NCBI RefSeq assembly: GCF_009914755.1
Contig: NC_060928.1
Source: the human T2T-CHM13v2.0 reference genome, Homo sapiens
Direction: 5' to 3' (one strand)
Length of the DNA stretch: 64,000 nucleotides
Part shown: positions 11,925 through 29,051 of the stretch, one piece after another
Position numbering within the stretch: the first letter of the stretch is position 1
Layout of the letters: the number at the start of each line of letters is the position of its first letter
Translations under genes and position numbers: made by a program
The notes under the pieces: generated by a model
Database searches by the model: none
What the model saw: only the letters and a program-made list of their open reading frames with translations
Told to the model about the DNA's origin: nothing

Positions 11925-12941
11925 ATGGGGAAAAAACAGAGCAGAAAAACTGGAAACTCTAAAAATCAGAGCACCTCTCCTCCTCCAAACAAAAGTAGCT
12001 CCTCACCAGCAATGGAACAAAGCTGGACGGAGAATGACTTTGACAAGTTGAGAGAGGAAGGCTTCACAAGATCATACTACACTGAGCTAAAGGAGGAAGT
12101 TTGAACCAATGGCAAAGAAGTTAAAAACTTTGAAAAAAAATTAGACGAATGGATAACTAGAATAACCAATGCAGAGAAGTCCTTAAAGGACATGATGGAG
12201 CTGAAAACCATGGCACAAGGACTACATGACGAATGCATAAGCCTGAGTAACTGATGTGATCAACTGGAGGAAAGGATATCAGCGATGGAAGATGAAATGA
12301 ATGAAATGAAGTGTGAAGAGAAGTTTAGAGAATAAAGAATAAAAAGGAATGAACAAAGCCTCCAAGAAATATGGGACTATGTGAAAAGATTAAATCTACA
12401 TCTAATTGGTGTACCTGAAAGTGATGGGGAGAATGGAACCAAGTTGGAAAACACTCTACAGGATATTACCCAGGAGAACTTCCTCAATCTAGCAAGGCAG
12501 GCCAACATTCAGATTCAGGAAATACAGAGAATGCCACATAGATTCTCCTCGAGAAGAGCAACTCCAAGACACATAATTGTCAGATTCACCAAAGTTGAAA
12601 TGAAGGAAAAAATGTTAAGGGCAGCCAGAGAGAAAGGTCGGGTTACCCACAAAGGGAAGCCCATCAGACTAAGAGCTGATCTCTCAGCAGAAACTCTACA
12701 AGTCAGAAGAGAGTGGGAGCCAATATTCAACATTCTTAAACAAAAGAATTTTCAACCCAGAATTTCATATCCAGCCAAACTAAGCTTCATAAGTGAAGGA
12801 GAAATAAAATACTTTACAGACAAGCAAATGTGGAGAGATTTTATCACCACCAGGCCTGCCTTACAAGAGCTCCTGAAGAAAGCAATAAACATGGAAAGGA
12901 ACAACTGGTACCAGCCAGTGCAAAAACATGCCAAATTGTAA
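11925..12941 (+). pseudogene. L1 ORF1p with premature stops
   Basis: ATGGGGAAAAAACAGAGC start; C-terminal 186 aa open (..RPALQELLK..QKHAKL*); in-frame TGA near 12102 and 12250. Confidence 0.92.
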
Positions 12942-13003
12942 AGACCATCAAGGCTAGGAAGAAACTGCATCAACTAACGAGCAAAATAACCGCTAACATC
13001 ATA

Positions 13004-16826
<3,823 letters not shown>

Positions 16827-17046
16827 ACAATGAGAACACATGGACACAGGAAGGGGAACATCACACACCGGGGATTGTTGTGGGGTGGGGGGAGGGGGAG
16901 GGATAGCATCAGGAGATATACCTAATGCTAAGTGACGAGTTAATGGGTGCAGCACACCAACATGGCACATGTATACCTATGTAAGAAACCTGCATGTTGT
17001 GCACATGTACCTTAAAACTTAAAGTAGAATTAAAAAAAAAAAAAAA

Positions 17047-17234
17047 AAGAACGCCTTTAAGCGGTTTTCCGCCCTCGGTGGGCCAGGTGTTCCTTTCCCT
17101 CATTCCAGTGAACCCACAGCCTTCCAGCGTGGGCGCCATGGCCATCATGAACATGTCACAGTGCTACAGAGATTTTGTTTATGGCCAGTTTTGGAGGCAG
17201 TTTATGGCCAGATTTTGGGGGCTTATTCCCAACA
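17047..17234 (-). mobile_element. 5' LTR (MER9), upstream U3 part
   Basis: Matches about 5481-5660; - strand begins TGTTGGGAATAAG. Confidence 0.92.
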
Positions 17235-18519
17235 AGTTCAGCCATGGAACCAAAGGTATTATTTAAGTGGAAAGTTTTAAGAGGCCTTTCTGTAAGTTTT
17301 CACGGTGCTGGGGTATAGGTGCCTCATGGTCCAGCCTAGTCCTCAGATATGCAGTACCCACTGTGTCTCTACTCGAATCTCATGATTCTTGAGATGGACA
17401 ACTCAGCTCCTCAATAGAAATGGGTATGTTTGGTTCCCACACCACAAGTGCCTTGCATTTAATAACTGGAAGGCATCAAAAGAAAATGAATGGTATTATC
17501 ATGTGGGTTCATGTTAGTTTATGGGTAGGCTGATTAAACTACAGCAAGCTCCTATGATAAAATACATTATATTCACACAGATTTTACCATACAATGTAGG
17601 AGAATCTTATAATGTGGAGTCTGTCTTTGATCTACAATGAAGATATACCTTAAGCAGAGAATAGGTTTGAAAATCAGAACCATCCTTGAAATTCTTCTAA
17701 ATCATTCATAAATTATAGTATTCAGATATTCAGTTTCTCAGTTTATTAAGAGCTAGTTTTCTACCAGCTTTGAAACGGATTTTCTATTTCTTCATTTGGG
17801 CACAAGATCATGAAGTTAACGTCTATTTATGATCATGCTACAAAAAATATGATTGATCTTTAAACACCAGAATCAAGGAATGAAGCAAGAGGATCGCCCC
17901 ATGGGAGCTGCAAGGTAACTGAGATCTGCTCAGTGAAAAATAGATTCATATCTGTCCTGTCACTCTCACTCCAGGGCAGATGTTCATTGAGCAGAAGGGC
18001 CGCCAAATTGCCCCATCTATCTATAGTGTCAGTTTACTCATCCAGGTCCCTTTACTACTCACCCACACTCTCAACACCTGTAGTTAAAACTGATTGAATG
18101 CTCATATAATGCTACTCCCCTATGTCACACTACTAGTAAATTATAGGCAACCTCTGTCAAATATGATAAAAATGACCTAGAAGATATTTTGATTCAAAAC
18201 TAACAGTAATCAACAGTGAGAAAGAGGCCAAGGGCTCCCTTTTACAACTTCTTTCCAAGTCCATAATCTATGTTCTATTCTTATTCATAAGCGGTTGTCA
18301 ACTAAGCCTTCCCATAGAGTAACTAATAATTAAAAGGATAACTAAAATGGTTTAAGGTTAAAAGGCTACCAGGAGTGCTTATGTTTCCTTTCCTCTGATT
18401 TCATGTCTTTGCAGGGATCTGAACAAATACATGCTACTTGTGAACAGTTATCTACTTCCTCCTTAGAAAAATATTTGATTCAAAAGAATCAACCAGTAGT
18501 AAATATTTCTATATATTAA

Positions 18520-18730
18520 GTAAGAGTTTTCTCTGTGCCAGCCATTGAATATTATCTCTTTCAGTCTTCATGGATTCCTTATCCAACAGGTTTTATTATC
18601 TTGTATCTAGTGAAGATCTAACCCAAAGAGGGTTTACATAATTTTATAAGACCAGACATTTAGTACAAAGCAGAGGCAGGATTCAAATTCAAGTTTGTCT
18701 AATTATAAGGTCCATGCTCTTAATCATTAA
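18520..18730. repeat. MIR SINE fragment
   Basis: GCAGAGGCAGGATTCAAATTCAAGTTTGTCT...CCATGCTCTTAATCA core; boundaries approximate. Confidence 0.55.
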
Positions 18731-19214
18731 CCATGCTTCCCTCACAGCTTTATTGTGCTCTGCAGCCAAGCCTGTTGAGTTGTTGTATCATCTGCCACCT
18801 CTAATCAAATTCAGCATGTCATAGTAACATCAAACTTTCCATATTGCTTTATCATTTGCAGAGCACTTTTACATCCATTATTAATTTGGCTGATGCTTAA
18901 ATCAATCCACAGGAATCTGAACAACAATTACTCCCTCTGTGGAACAGAGGCTGGGAATAGAATATGAGTGTTAGTTCAATAAGCCTTAGTTGGAATTTTA
19001 ACTCTGACAAGGTCTGTGTGACCTTCGATAAGTCCCTGGATTTGTCTAGGTCATAGGTGTCTTGTATGTAAGCTAGTATATTAAATAAAATGATGTGTGT
19101 ATTCTATGTACTTGGTTTTTTCATTGCCAGTAGTAGTATTCAGGAAATATTTAAGTGACCAGATACACTTCTTCTGTAGTTTCCTATTCCAAAGAGCAGA
19201 TAACATGTAAACTT

Positions 19215-20560
19215 ATCACAGCAATTTTACTACTAGGTATCTACCTAAGAGAAATGAAAACATACTTTTCCAGACAAAAACTGGCACAAAAATGTTCATA
19301 ACAGTTTTATTAATCATAATCAAAACTGGAAACAATTCAAATATTCATCAACTGGTATATGAATAAACAAATTGTGGTGTATCCCAACAGTGGAATCTAC
19401 CCAGCAATAAAAGGGAGATAACTATTATATAACCAGCATCACAGATGAATCTCCAAAATATTGTGAAAATATAAGAAGCCATATCCAAAAGTTACAAACC
19501 ATTTGTGTAATATTCTCAAAAATGTAAAATCATATGAACACAAGAGATTAGTGGTTGTCTTTGTCGGTTAGGGCTACTATAACAAAATGCCATAAATGGA
19601 GTAGTTTATAAGCAACAGAAATTAATTTCTCACAGTTCTGGAGGCTGGGAAGTCTAAGATCAAGGTGCTAGCAGATTCATTGTGTAGTGAGGGCTTACTT
19701 TCTGCTTCATAGTTGATGTCTTCTTGCTGTGCCTTCACATGGTGGAAGGGACAAGGGATCTCTCTGGGGTTTTTTATAAGGGGACTAATCCATTTATGTT
19801 TTAATCACATTCCAAAGGCCCCATCTTTTAACATGATCACCTTGGGGGTTAGAATTTCAACATATGAATGTTAGCGGAGCACAAACATTCAGTCCTAGCA
19901 GTGGTTGCACGGTCATAGACATGAGGGAAGGGAACTTACTGCCAAGGAAAGGGAGGGAAATTTGTGTTAAAGGACACATTCTATATCTTGATTGTAGTGG
20001 TATTATATGACTGAATATATTTGTCAAAAATCATTATTGAACTGTGTACTTATAAAAAGATGAGTTTTATGTGCAAATTATATTTCAGATAAGTAAGTAA
20101 AAAATTTAAATCTATAATTCACAATTAGATACCACTAATCACCACCTCAACTATCTAAAATTTAAAAAGACTTATAATACCAATTGTTTGTAAGGATATG
20201 GAAAAACCAGAAACCTCTTACACCACTAACAGGAACATCAATTGATACTGCTGGATTGAAAAACTTTTGGCCTTATCTACTAAATTGAAGATACACAACC
20301 TGTGACTTAGCAATCCATTTCTAAATATGTGTCCACTTAAAATGCATGCACAAATATTTTCAGAGAAATATTATTCATAACAGCCAAATTTATACACAAT
20401 CCAAATGTCCATCAACATGAGAATGGATAAATACACAAATTATGGCATATTCTATAATGGGATACTATGCAGAAATGAAAATCAACTAAAACTGCCCCCA
20501 ACAGCAGGAGTAAACTTTACAAATATAAGGTTGAGTTAAAGAAGTCAGACACAATACAAT
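19215..20560 (+). mobile_element. Ancient L1M (ME/MC-type) 3' fragments
   Basis: L1 3'-end motifs CAGCAATTTTACTACTAGGTAT, AAACAAATTGTGGTGTATCC, CCAAATGTCCATCAAC. Confidence 0.65.
19556..19900 (-). mobile_element. MLT1A-type MaLR solo LTR inserted in L1M
   Basis: TG...CA ends, MLT1A motifs, perfect 5-bp TSD GTGGT (19551-19555 / 19901-19905). Confidence 0.85.
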
Positions 20561-20999
20561 AAGAAAAAGAGGAGAAGCATTTAGGGATCCCACTCACTGT
20601 TCTGTCTGGCCACAATATAATTGGAAGAGGCACTTCCTAACCTCTCCCACACGATTAGAGAACAGTAATGATATTACTGAGTACCTGTCCTGGTGTTCAA
20701 GGAGCAGTTCCTAGCTTCCCTGTTTGGTGTTTGTACTCTGCCTGTTCTCTCAAGATCTACTTCGACTCTTCCTACATTGTCAAACTCCGTTTTAGAGGTA
20801 TGCACATTTTCTTGGTCCATTGCAAACCCCAAATTGGCTACAGCATTCCACACATTTTCTCTTTAATTTGGCCTTATTGACTGTGCTCTGACCTAAACTC
20901 AGGTGCTCAGGTTCCCTTCCCAGATCTGCAGCCCCCACAGAGCCTATTGACTTCCTTCTATAGACTACGGGGGGAAAAGTTTATAATATTTAAGTGGCC

Positions 21000-21560
21000 C
21001 TGTGTTAAGCAGGCTATGCGCTAAGAACTTTACAAACACTGGCTTCTCTGCAGCCAATGCAATGAAATAGGTCCTCTCAGATCCTTCTTTTTCTGATAAT
21101 AAAATAGATGTACAGTGGCCAAGTGCTCAAGTCAAAGGTCACATGTAACTGGCAGAGTCAAAGCTCCAATGTCTCACTCTGATGGCCCTGCTCTGTACTG
21201 TATAGGATTCTTAGCATGAGGAGAAAGCTGTTAGTAACAAAAAACCCTGCGCTACTCTCAGGGGGTACTTTCAGAGCTACATTCAGACAGCATTATCAAT
21301 TCTTCCCGCCAGAGCAGAATCTGGACGCGTGGGTCTGGCAGCAGTTCAGTGTGCACTTGTTACTGGTAAGAGCACTGGATTTGGAATCTGGTAAACTTCA
21401 GTTTAATGCATTTGCTATCAGGGCAAATCACTTCACCTCTTTGAGTGCCAGTTTCCTAATCTCTACAATGTAGATAATAGCTGCTTCATAAATATTTTAA
21501 AAATTAGATGTTATGATGGAGGTAAAAGGTTTCACACAGATTAAGCACCATGAGTAACAA
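21000..21560. repeat. Two MIR fragments
   Basis: GGCAAATCACTTCACCTCTTTGAGTGCCAGTTTCCTAATCTCTACAATG core; approximate. Confidence 0.55.
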
Positions 21561-22315
21561 CTATTTGCTGTGGGTTCCATTTCTATCGGCTCTGGGGCAA
21601 CAGTCTAAGGGGCACACAGATCCAGCAACCACATCTACACTCTCCTTGCTTTCTCTCTCTTTGTCCACTACTAACTGGCTCTTCTGGATCTCAGTCTCTG
21701 CTCTACCTCTATTTCTGTCATTGTCAGTTCTTTTTCTTTCTCTTCCATTCTTTCATTAAGGCCTTTCCCTTTCTTCCTGCTTCAAAATTGACCCCTCTCC
21801 CACTGCCCTGCCTATCTCAGAATTCCCCCATCTTTCTCCTTTTATCAGAGTCTTCTTTAGGACATTCCCTTTTCAGGACCTCAACTAACTGACATGCAGT
21901 ATGTGCGGTGCTGCCGTGTGTAGATCACAGCGAGGAATATGAAGGTGTGTAAGACGCAGGGCCTGGTATTCAGAGGCTCACCATCTAGTGTGAGAAAGAA
22001 CACATGCATGACACACACCAGCCTGTGTCAGCCTGTCCCATCCACTCCTAGGGTGCAGTGCCCTCCTCAAGCCATCCCTTCTCTCCTTTCACCTAGTTAT
22101 CCAGGTTTAATGCCATTTTCCCCAGCCTTTTCCCATTTTGTCACATGACTATTCAAAACAAACTGGTCCTATGTCACAACAAGTCTTTGTCCTTTCCAAG
22201 ATCTTAACTAGCTAATCCAATGAGCTAATTTTCCATAGTGTGCTCAAGATAGATGGTTAAATGTGATGACCCAGGTTCTCTTGTATTTGACTGTGATTTA
22301 AAGAAAAATGCCCCC

Positions 22316-24851
22316 TTGAGGATGTGACTTTAATGTTTTTAGTTTATGGTAACGTAGTTCAGCTCTGGGTGCTTTCAGGGGTGGAGACTCTAAATGAGTT
22401 CCTTGGTTATATAGAGTCTTTGTATGGTGGCTTCTTAGATGCTGGTTGTAGTAGTAATGTGCTTAGTTTGTGTGCAGGTTCACTGTCTCCTGTGGGGTTG
22501 GAATGGCAGAGGTCTCTTGAAGCTCATCTCATTCTCCAGCGGTAGGTACTTTGTTTATTTATTTTCCCCCACCATTTTATTTACTGGGTTGAAAAGTTCA
22601 GGCTTCAGGCCAGGAGGGGAGGCATCCATGGGTTCAAACCAGCTGTGGTTAACGCAGGTTGGCAAACCCAATACCCAATGGTAGGCAGAGGTCCCAGCCT
22701 TGACAGAGACAGCTTGGGGAGCTCTTTGTGAAAGGCACTAAGGTCTTTTCAGGGGAAGGGAGGGAGCCACCTCAGCTCCCCTGCCAGTTCAGCAGGAAGG
22801 CAATCCACCTCGCAGTCACACTCCTGATGCAGTGTCATGGCTATTCAGATTAGGCAGGCACCTCTTTTCATTTGCAGGAATGCTGATGTTCCATGTAGAG
22901 AGGGATTATGACTCTACCCCTCATGCAAGCCTGCACCTGGAAGGCACTCCCCTTGTGAGGTTGCAGACACCCTGAAGTGTTCCAGAAAGGCTGTCAACAG
23001 GCGCATCCATGCCGAGCTCCTTTGGGAGGAGCCCCAGTTGTATCTGCAGTAGTGGATGAGGGGGAAAAGAAGTCCCATTCTCCAAGACCCTTCAGGAGCA
23101 CCAGGACTGCCTCATTGCTGGAGTGGAGCTGCAGATTTTCTCCACCAAGCCCAGCACTGCACCTCTGCCTCTGCTGAAAGAAACTTCCCACAACTAGAAA
23201 ATTCTAGAACTCAAGGCCTACCATCTGGATTTTTTTTTTTTTTTTTTGTCCCAAGAGGTGCTCCCTTGATGTGGTGCACTTCCTCTTCCCCTAGGAGTAG
23301 GAGTCCCTTAGAGCCAGACTACTATGAATGTTGCTACTCTTCTGGGTCTAGCTGCCCAGTGGGGCTGCCACACTCCAGAGTGGTGTTGGGGAATGTCTGT
23401 AAGGGGTCCAGTGATGTGATCTGTATTCAAGGTGCCCAGAAGTGGGTATCAGCGCCAGCTCTGAAAAGGGTGGTGGGGAGTGACATAGAGTTTGTGAGAT
23501 TCCTTGAATACAAGTTGCGTTACTGTATTGTTGGCTTTCTCAAATGTCAGTTGTACTAGTAAGGAACTAGTCATGTGGACAGACTCAGGACCTCTTGGTT
23601 AGCCAGGATGATACAGGCAATGGTGATAGCTGAGGTCACACACAAATTTTCTCCATTCTGCACACTGTTATTTTGCCTGTAGAGACTATAATGAACTGTG
23701 GCACTTGGCCTCCAGCCAGGAGGTGGCACTTGCAAAAGATCGCCAGCTGCAGTGGTAGCAGTGGGATTTGTGCTTGCCTTATGTTATCCAGAAGATGTAC
23801 TGTGGTGACTCAGGAAATGGATGGGGCCACACAGAACCCACAAAAGTTTTTGTCCTTTGTTGAAGCTGCCAGGGTGGTTGGAAGGGCAAAGGCAAGTGGG
23901 AACTGGGTCAGGCAAGTCTGTGCTCAGGCCCTCCACATGTGAGCAAAAGCAGTGGCCCCACTGGGGATTATAGAGCAGTTCTCTGGCTACCAGAGTAATG
24001 TTCCAGGGAAGAGCACAGTTGCCTCTGCTGTATAGAAGAGTCCACATGGAGAGTGGAGAGTAGCAGGTGGCAGTAAGCTCCACCCAGCTCCCACTCACTG
24101 GGCAAGTCCAGTCTCACACTTGCAGCATTCCACTAGCAGCAGCTAGCTAGGTTCCACACAGTCTGTGCTCAGAACTCAAAAGTGCCCCAGGCCATATTTC
24201 TTCCCCCAAGGAAACAGCAACCATGGCTTTCAGGCCATGCCTCTCCTCGTTTGCCTGTGAAGCAGGGGCGCCCAGCTCCTGTGCCTGTGGCTGCGGCACA
24301 CTTCCCACTCAACCCTCAGTTCTGGCCAAGGGGGTTTGTCTCCACTGAAGATTATATCATGAATCTCAGTTGGGAGCTTCCTTCTACCTGTGACTGCCAC
24401 CTGAGTTAGCTGGTAGATTTCGGCAAGGTCCCCTGTGAGGCAGGATCAGGAATGTCTTCCCTCCACCCCTGCTGGAGACTGAAAATGAATATAAAGCCTG
24501 TTCTAATGTCAATTCTTCTCATATACTCCCTACCACTCACTAAGTCAGCTTCAGCACTGGGTAGAGTTAAGGCCTTCCCCCATGGCCTGGATTGCCAGGT
24601 TTCCCAGTAGGAGTGTATGTTCCAGAGGTAGTCTATCCTCTTCTCACACTCTGGGGACTTACAGTTTTCTAGTTGGCTCACAGTGTAAGCTACAGCCCAA
24701 TGCTTCTTTCAAATAGTCTGTGGCTTTCAATTTTCTTATTACGTTCCTGTGTTTGCTTCTTGGAAGAAAGTTCACGTGTGAATCTCTACACACTATTTTG
24801 TCTTTCCAAGTGGGAGAAGCATGCTAACAATGTCTCCTATCTGATATCTTG
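22316..24851 (-). mobile_element. L1PB/L1MA-type 5'UTR-only fragment
   Basis: GC-rich L1 promoter-like sequence starting CAAGATATCAGATAGGAGAC on - strand; no ORF1/ORF2 follows on the left. Confidence 0.65.
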
Positions 24852-25116
24852 GGGAAAAATAACAAACTCTTCTAGCACTTTGAATATATCATCCCACTCC
24901 TTCCTAGTCTGCAAGTTTCCACTGGAAAATCTGCTGATGGACTTAGGGAGGCTGCATTGTATATCACGAGTCACTTTATTCTCTTTCACATTTGAAAATT
25001 TGATTATATTGTGTCTTGGTGTGGATTCGCTTATGTTTATACTGTTGGGGATCTTTTGAGCTTCATTAATCTGGATGACTATTTTCCTCTCCAGATTTAG
25101 AAGTTTTCAACCAACC

Positions 25117-25421
25117 TTCCTTCTTTGTTTTTCCACTTTCTCCATTCCGTTTTCTCCCTTCCTCCCTCCCTTCCTCCCTCCCTTCCTCCCTTCTTTCCTT
25201 TCTTTCTCTCTTTCTCTCTCACTTTCTTTCTTTCTCTTTCTCTCTCTTTTTTCTCTCTCCCTTTCTTTCTCTTTCTCTTTCCCTTCCTTACTTCCTTCTC
25301 TTTCTTTCTTTTTTCTTTCTTTCTTCTCTTTCTCTTTCTTTTCCTTTTTCTTTCTCATTTTCTTTCTTTCTTTTTCTCTCTTGCTCTTTCTTTCTTTTCT
25401 TTCTTTCTGTCTTTCTGTCTG

Positions 25422-25471
<50 letters not shown>

Positions 25472-25500
25472 TTTCTTTCTTTCTTCTTTCTTTCTTTCTT
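25117..25500. repeat. About 385-bp polypyrimidine (TTTC/TTCC/TC)n tract
   Basis: Directly visible. Confidence 0.97.
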
Positions 25501-25550
25501 GATGAGATCTTGCTACATTGACTAGACTGGAGTGCAGTGGCTCCTCACAG
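25501..25550 (-). repeat. 7SL/FAM-derived 3' fragment
   Basis: - strand CTGTGAGGAGCCACTGCACTCCAGTCTAGTCAATGTAGCAAGATCTCATC resembles the 7SL 3' end CTGTGAATAGCCACTGCACTCCAGCCTGGGCAACATAGCGAGACCCCGTC. Confidence 0.6.
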
Positions 25551-26410
25551 ACACTTCCCTCCTTTCCTCCTGGGGAAAATGTTTAAGGGTTATGTATCTT
25601 TTCCCAATCTTGCAGAATTGTGCCAGCTGCGATGAGCTACTCACCTCTTTTCCTTATTCTAGACTTCCCCTAGGGATTTAAACTATTTTGATTCTCTCAG
25701 TGTTCTGAGCGAGGCATGGCAGGAAGAAGTCCCTTGGGCACTGTGCCAAAATGCCAGGAATGATGAATATATGCTCCACTCTCTTTTTACTCCTGAATGG
25801 AGCATCCACAAGCTAAGGCAATTTCTCCCAGCTCAGAGCTGTGCCAACTTGGGGGAGGGGCTGATGGTAAAGTAAAATTGCTCTTCCAACTCATTTCAGT
25901 GTGGCTGATATCAGTATTTTTGCTCATCTGGGGGTACTTCTTAACTGCAATCTGAAATATGTGCAAAGATATTTTGCTCTGCATATCATTGTTAACTTAA
26001 CATTGTTAAGTATTTCATTGTTTCTATAGGGAGATGAGGGCTTAGAACTTCCTGTTCCATCATCTTTTGATATCAAGGAATTATAAATTTCAAAGGTGGT
26101 TTTGTTGTATTTTTATTTTTTTGTGTCTGAAAATAATACTCTTCTACCTCACAGAAGAAAACAAAATCAAATCATAGTGCCAGAAGAGACTCTAGAGATA
26201 ATCTTAATTTATCTAATTACATAACTCCTGAGAAGAACAGAAAAGTCAATGTTATCAGCAAGAGAATGTTATAAGGCACAGGACTCCTATGCCTGCCAAA
26301 AGAGGCTCTCAGATGATCATATGGGGTTGGTTATGACTGGACAATAACAAGGTAAGCAACCGGGCTTAGGAGTTTTGCTACAGTGCTCTTCTAACAGGAA
26401 ACTATATTTT

Positions 26411-26548
26411 CTTTTTTAAAAATTTTATTGTAGTGACAGGGTCTTGCTATGTTGCTCAGGCTGCTCTTGACCTCCTGGCTTCAAATAATCCTCCCACCTC
26501 AGTCTTCCAAAACACTGAGATTACAGGTATAAGCCACCATGCCTGGCC
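26411..26548 (-). repeat. FLAM/AluJ left monomer
   Basis: CAGGGTCTTGCTATGTTGCTCAGGCTG...CCACCATGCCTGGCC. Confidence 0.85.
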
Positions 26549-26739
26549 TGAAGCTTTATATTTTCTATCTATCCAATGTGAACCCAGATTTTGCCCCATG
26601 AAGAGAACTCTAAGGGTGTATTCACCTTTTTTGAAGAGCTTCTTTTTAATTCTTTTGAAGTTTTGAGTTACTCATATTCTTAGAGGAAGGTATGACTAAC
26701 AGGAAGTCTTTGGAAAAGGCTGGGTGAGAACTGTCAAAA

Positions 26740-27170
26740 GGCTGCAATCAAGATATGTGCTGTGGCTTGGGTCTTCTTCTGAGGTCTTCTCCCAAGCTCT
26801 CATGGTTGTTTGCAGGTTCATTTCCTCCCAGCTTGAGAACTTGTAATGCCTTGCTTTTTTAAAGTAAGCAAGGGAGCATCTCTGATAGTGGGGAAGGCCT
26901 AAATCTTCTTTTAAAGGGCTTATCTGATTAGTTTGGGACAGACCAAAATAATCTCCTTTTGATTAACAGAGATTGATAAACTCAAAGTCATTCTGATTAG
27001 GGACTTTATATCTGTAAAATCTCTTCATCTTTGCCAGAAAATGCAAACTAATTGCAGGAGTGATATTTATCATATTAACAGGTCTACCCACACTCAAGAG
27101 AAGGCGATAACACAGAGTATGTACACCATGGGGAGGAAATCTTGGCAGCCATTGTAGAATTCTTTCTATG
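26740..27170 (-). mobile_element. MLT1-type MaLR LTR fragment
   Basis: CTTTTAAAGGGCTTATCTGATTAG, CAGGTCTACCCACACTCAAG motifs; approximate. Confidence 0.55.
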
Positions 27171-27557
27171 ACACTTATGTCAGCATTTTTGTTGTACTCT
27201 GGAGATCACAGAGTGAAAAGCACCATTTTCTGTGATTGTAGATATTTGTTACAAATTCGAGACTGAAACATATGCTTTCAAAATTGACAGAACAGAATAT
27301 AGGGTGGTCAAGGCACCAGACGAAATTAAATTTTATTCTTCCATTATGTTAAATTAGCATCTTTTCCTTTCCGAAATCACTTACATTGCTTTCTCATATG
27401 TTAATCAGACACCTGTGGCATTTTTATAGTAAATGCAAAGTGAGGATTTTAGGTGATCAAAATGAATAGGCCTAACTAGTTCACAGCTTTGAGATGTGGC
27501 CACACTGCTTATTCATGGAGAGAACAGAGCTTACAGAGTATCCTGCATATTTACACT

Positions 27558-28085
27558 TGTATCAATCAGCTTGTGCTGCCATCACAGAATACAACAGACT
27601 GAGTGGCTTCAACAACAGAAATTTATATGTTCAAAGTTCTGGAGGCTGAATGTCCAAGATCAAGGTACTGGCAGGCTTAGTTTTTGGTGAAGCCTTGTCT
27701 TAGTCAAATTGGGCTGCTATAACAAAATACCCTAGACTGGGCAGCTTAGAAACAATAGAAACTTATTTCTTACAGTTATGGAAGCTGGTAAGGTTAAGAA
27801 CAAGGCACTGGCAGATTGAATGTCTGCTGAGGGGCCACTTTCTGGTGATAGATGTCCCCTTCTTCCTTTGTCCTAACATGGCCAGCTCATGCAAGGAGAC
27901 AGAGAGGGCTCTGGTGTTTCTTCCTTTTCATGTAAGAACACCAGTCCTATAAGATTAGGGTCCAACCCTTATAATCTTATTTAAACTTAATCATCTCCTT
28001 GAGGGCCCCATCTGTAAATACAGTCACATTGGGGGTTAGAGATTAAGATACGAATTTGTTGGGGGACACAACTCAGTCCATAACA
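27558..28085 (-). mobile_element. Composite MLT1B/MLT1A LTR with two 3' ends
   Basis: Two successive MLT1 3'-end copies starting at 27558 and 27696, one 5' end at 28085. Confidence 0.75.
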
Positions 28086-28514
28086 ATTTTCAAAATATCT
28101 GTGGGCAATGAAAAACCTGTGGATTTCCTGCTTATCATGACCCCAGATAATGTTTAAAAATCACTAATTACCATTCATAAATATATGCACATATTCCAAA
28201 AAAACTTTCCATCTGTTTTCTTTGCTAAAATAATAGAGTATCCAAGGCAACAAGGATACCTGTGCTACCCTGAGCAGTGCAGCAGAGCAACCTCTGTCTT
28301 TTTGATTCTGACAAAATTAATGCAAACAAGCCAGTTGTATCATTTTTTTCCTAGTAATGAGACAGGAAAATTCCCCATGGGGCTTCATAAATGGAAAATA
28401 ACATAGTTACATAGCCAAGTACATGTTTATCTCTAGTGACCCTCTCTAAGGGAAAGCACAGCACACAGAGTGTAGACTTCTCCTACCCAGAGTTAGGTAT
28501 TAATGTCAGGATCT

Positions 28515-29051
28515 GTGGTTGAGATTGCTTTTTATAACCCGATTTATACTTTCTCCCTCTCTTGTTAGAGCCCCTGTTTTAGAATGGGGTGTCAATGTGC
28601 CCTGTTAAGAAACTACATTTTCTATCCTTTCTTGTAGCTATAAATCATCAATGCAACATAGATTATTGTCTGAGACTCATGAGAAGGCTCTTACAAAGAG
28701 AGCAGATAGCTAGCATGTGCCCTTGTCAGCCCTTACCTCCCCAACCTTCCTCTTGTTTCCTGCTTGGAGTACAGATTTGATATGTGCAAATATAGCAGCC
28801 ATCTTGGATGACTGGAACTTCAGGAACCATCTTGAACAAGGGATAATTTCAAAAATGGAAGCCTAATATTAAGAAAGATGGACCTAAAACATAGATGAAG
28901 CCAAGGTCCATAATGATGCTTCATAAAGCTTCCATACCAACCCTAGATGGTTGAACTCTTCCATGTGAGGAAGAAATACACATCTATCTTACTTAGAACA
29001 CTATTTCTGATCTCTGTTATTAGCTGTGTAATAAAGTTTCTCAACTGATAC
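28515..29051 (+). mobile_element. Old MLT1 (H-K type) LTR
   Basis: AACTACATTTTCTATCCTTTCTTGTAGCT, GCAGCCATCTTG, ends ..CTGATACA. Confidence 0.55.

Noticed and set aside
22977-24681. Cluster of 65-167 aa ORFs in GC-rich DNA
   Set aside because: Lie in an L1 5'UTR remnant; no splice-consistent or recognisable protein.
25075-25521. Long F/L/S-rich and K/E/R-rich ORFs
   Set aside because: Translations of the (TTTC)n tract, which lacks stop codons; not genes.
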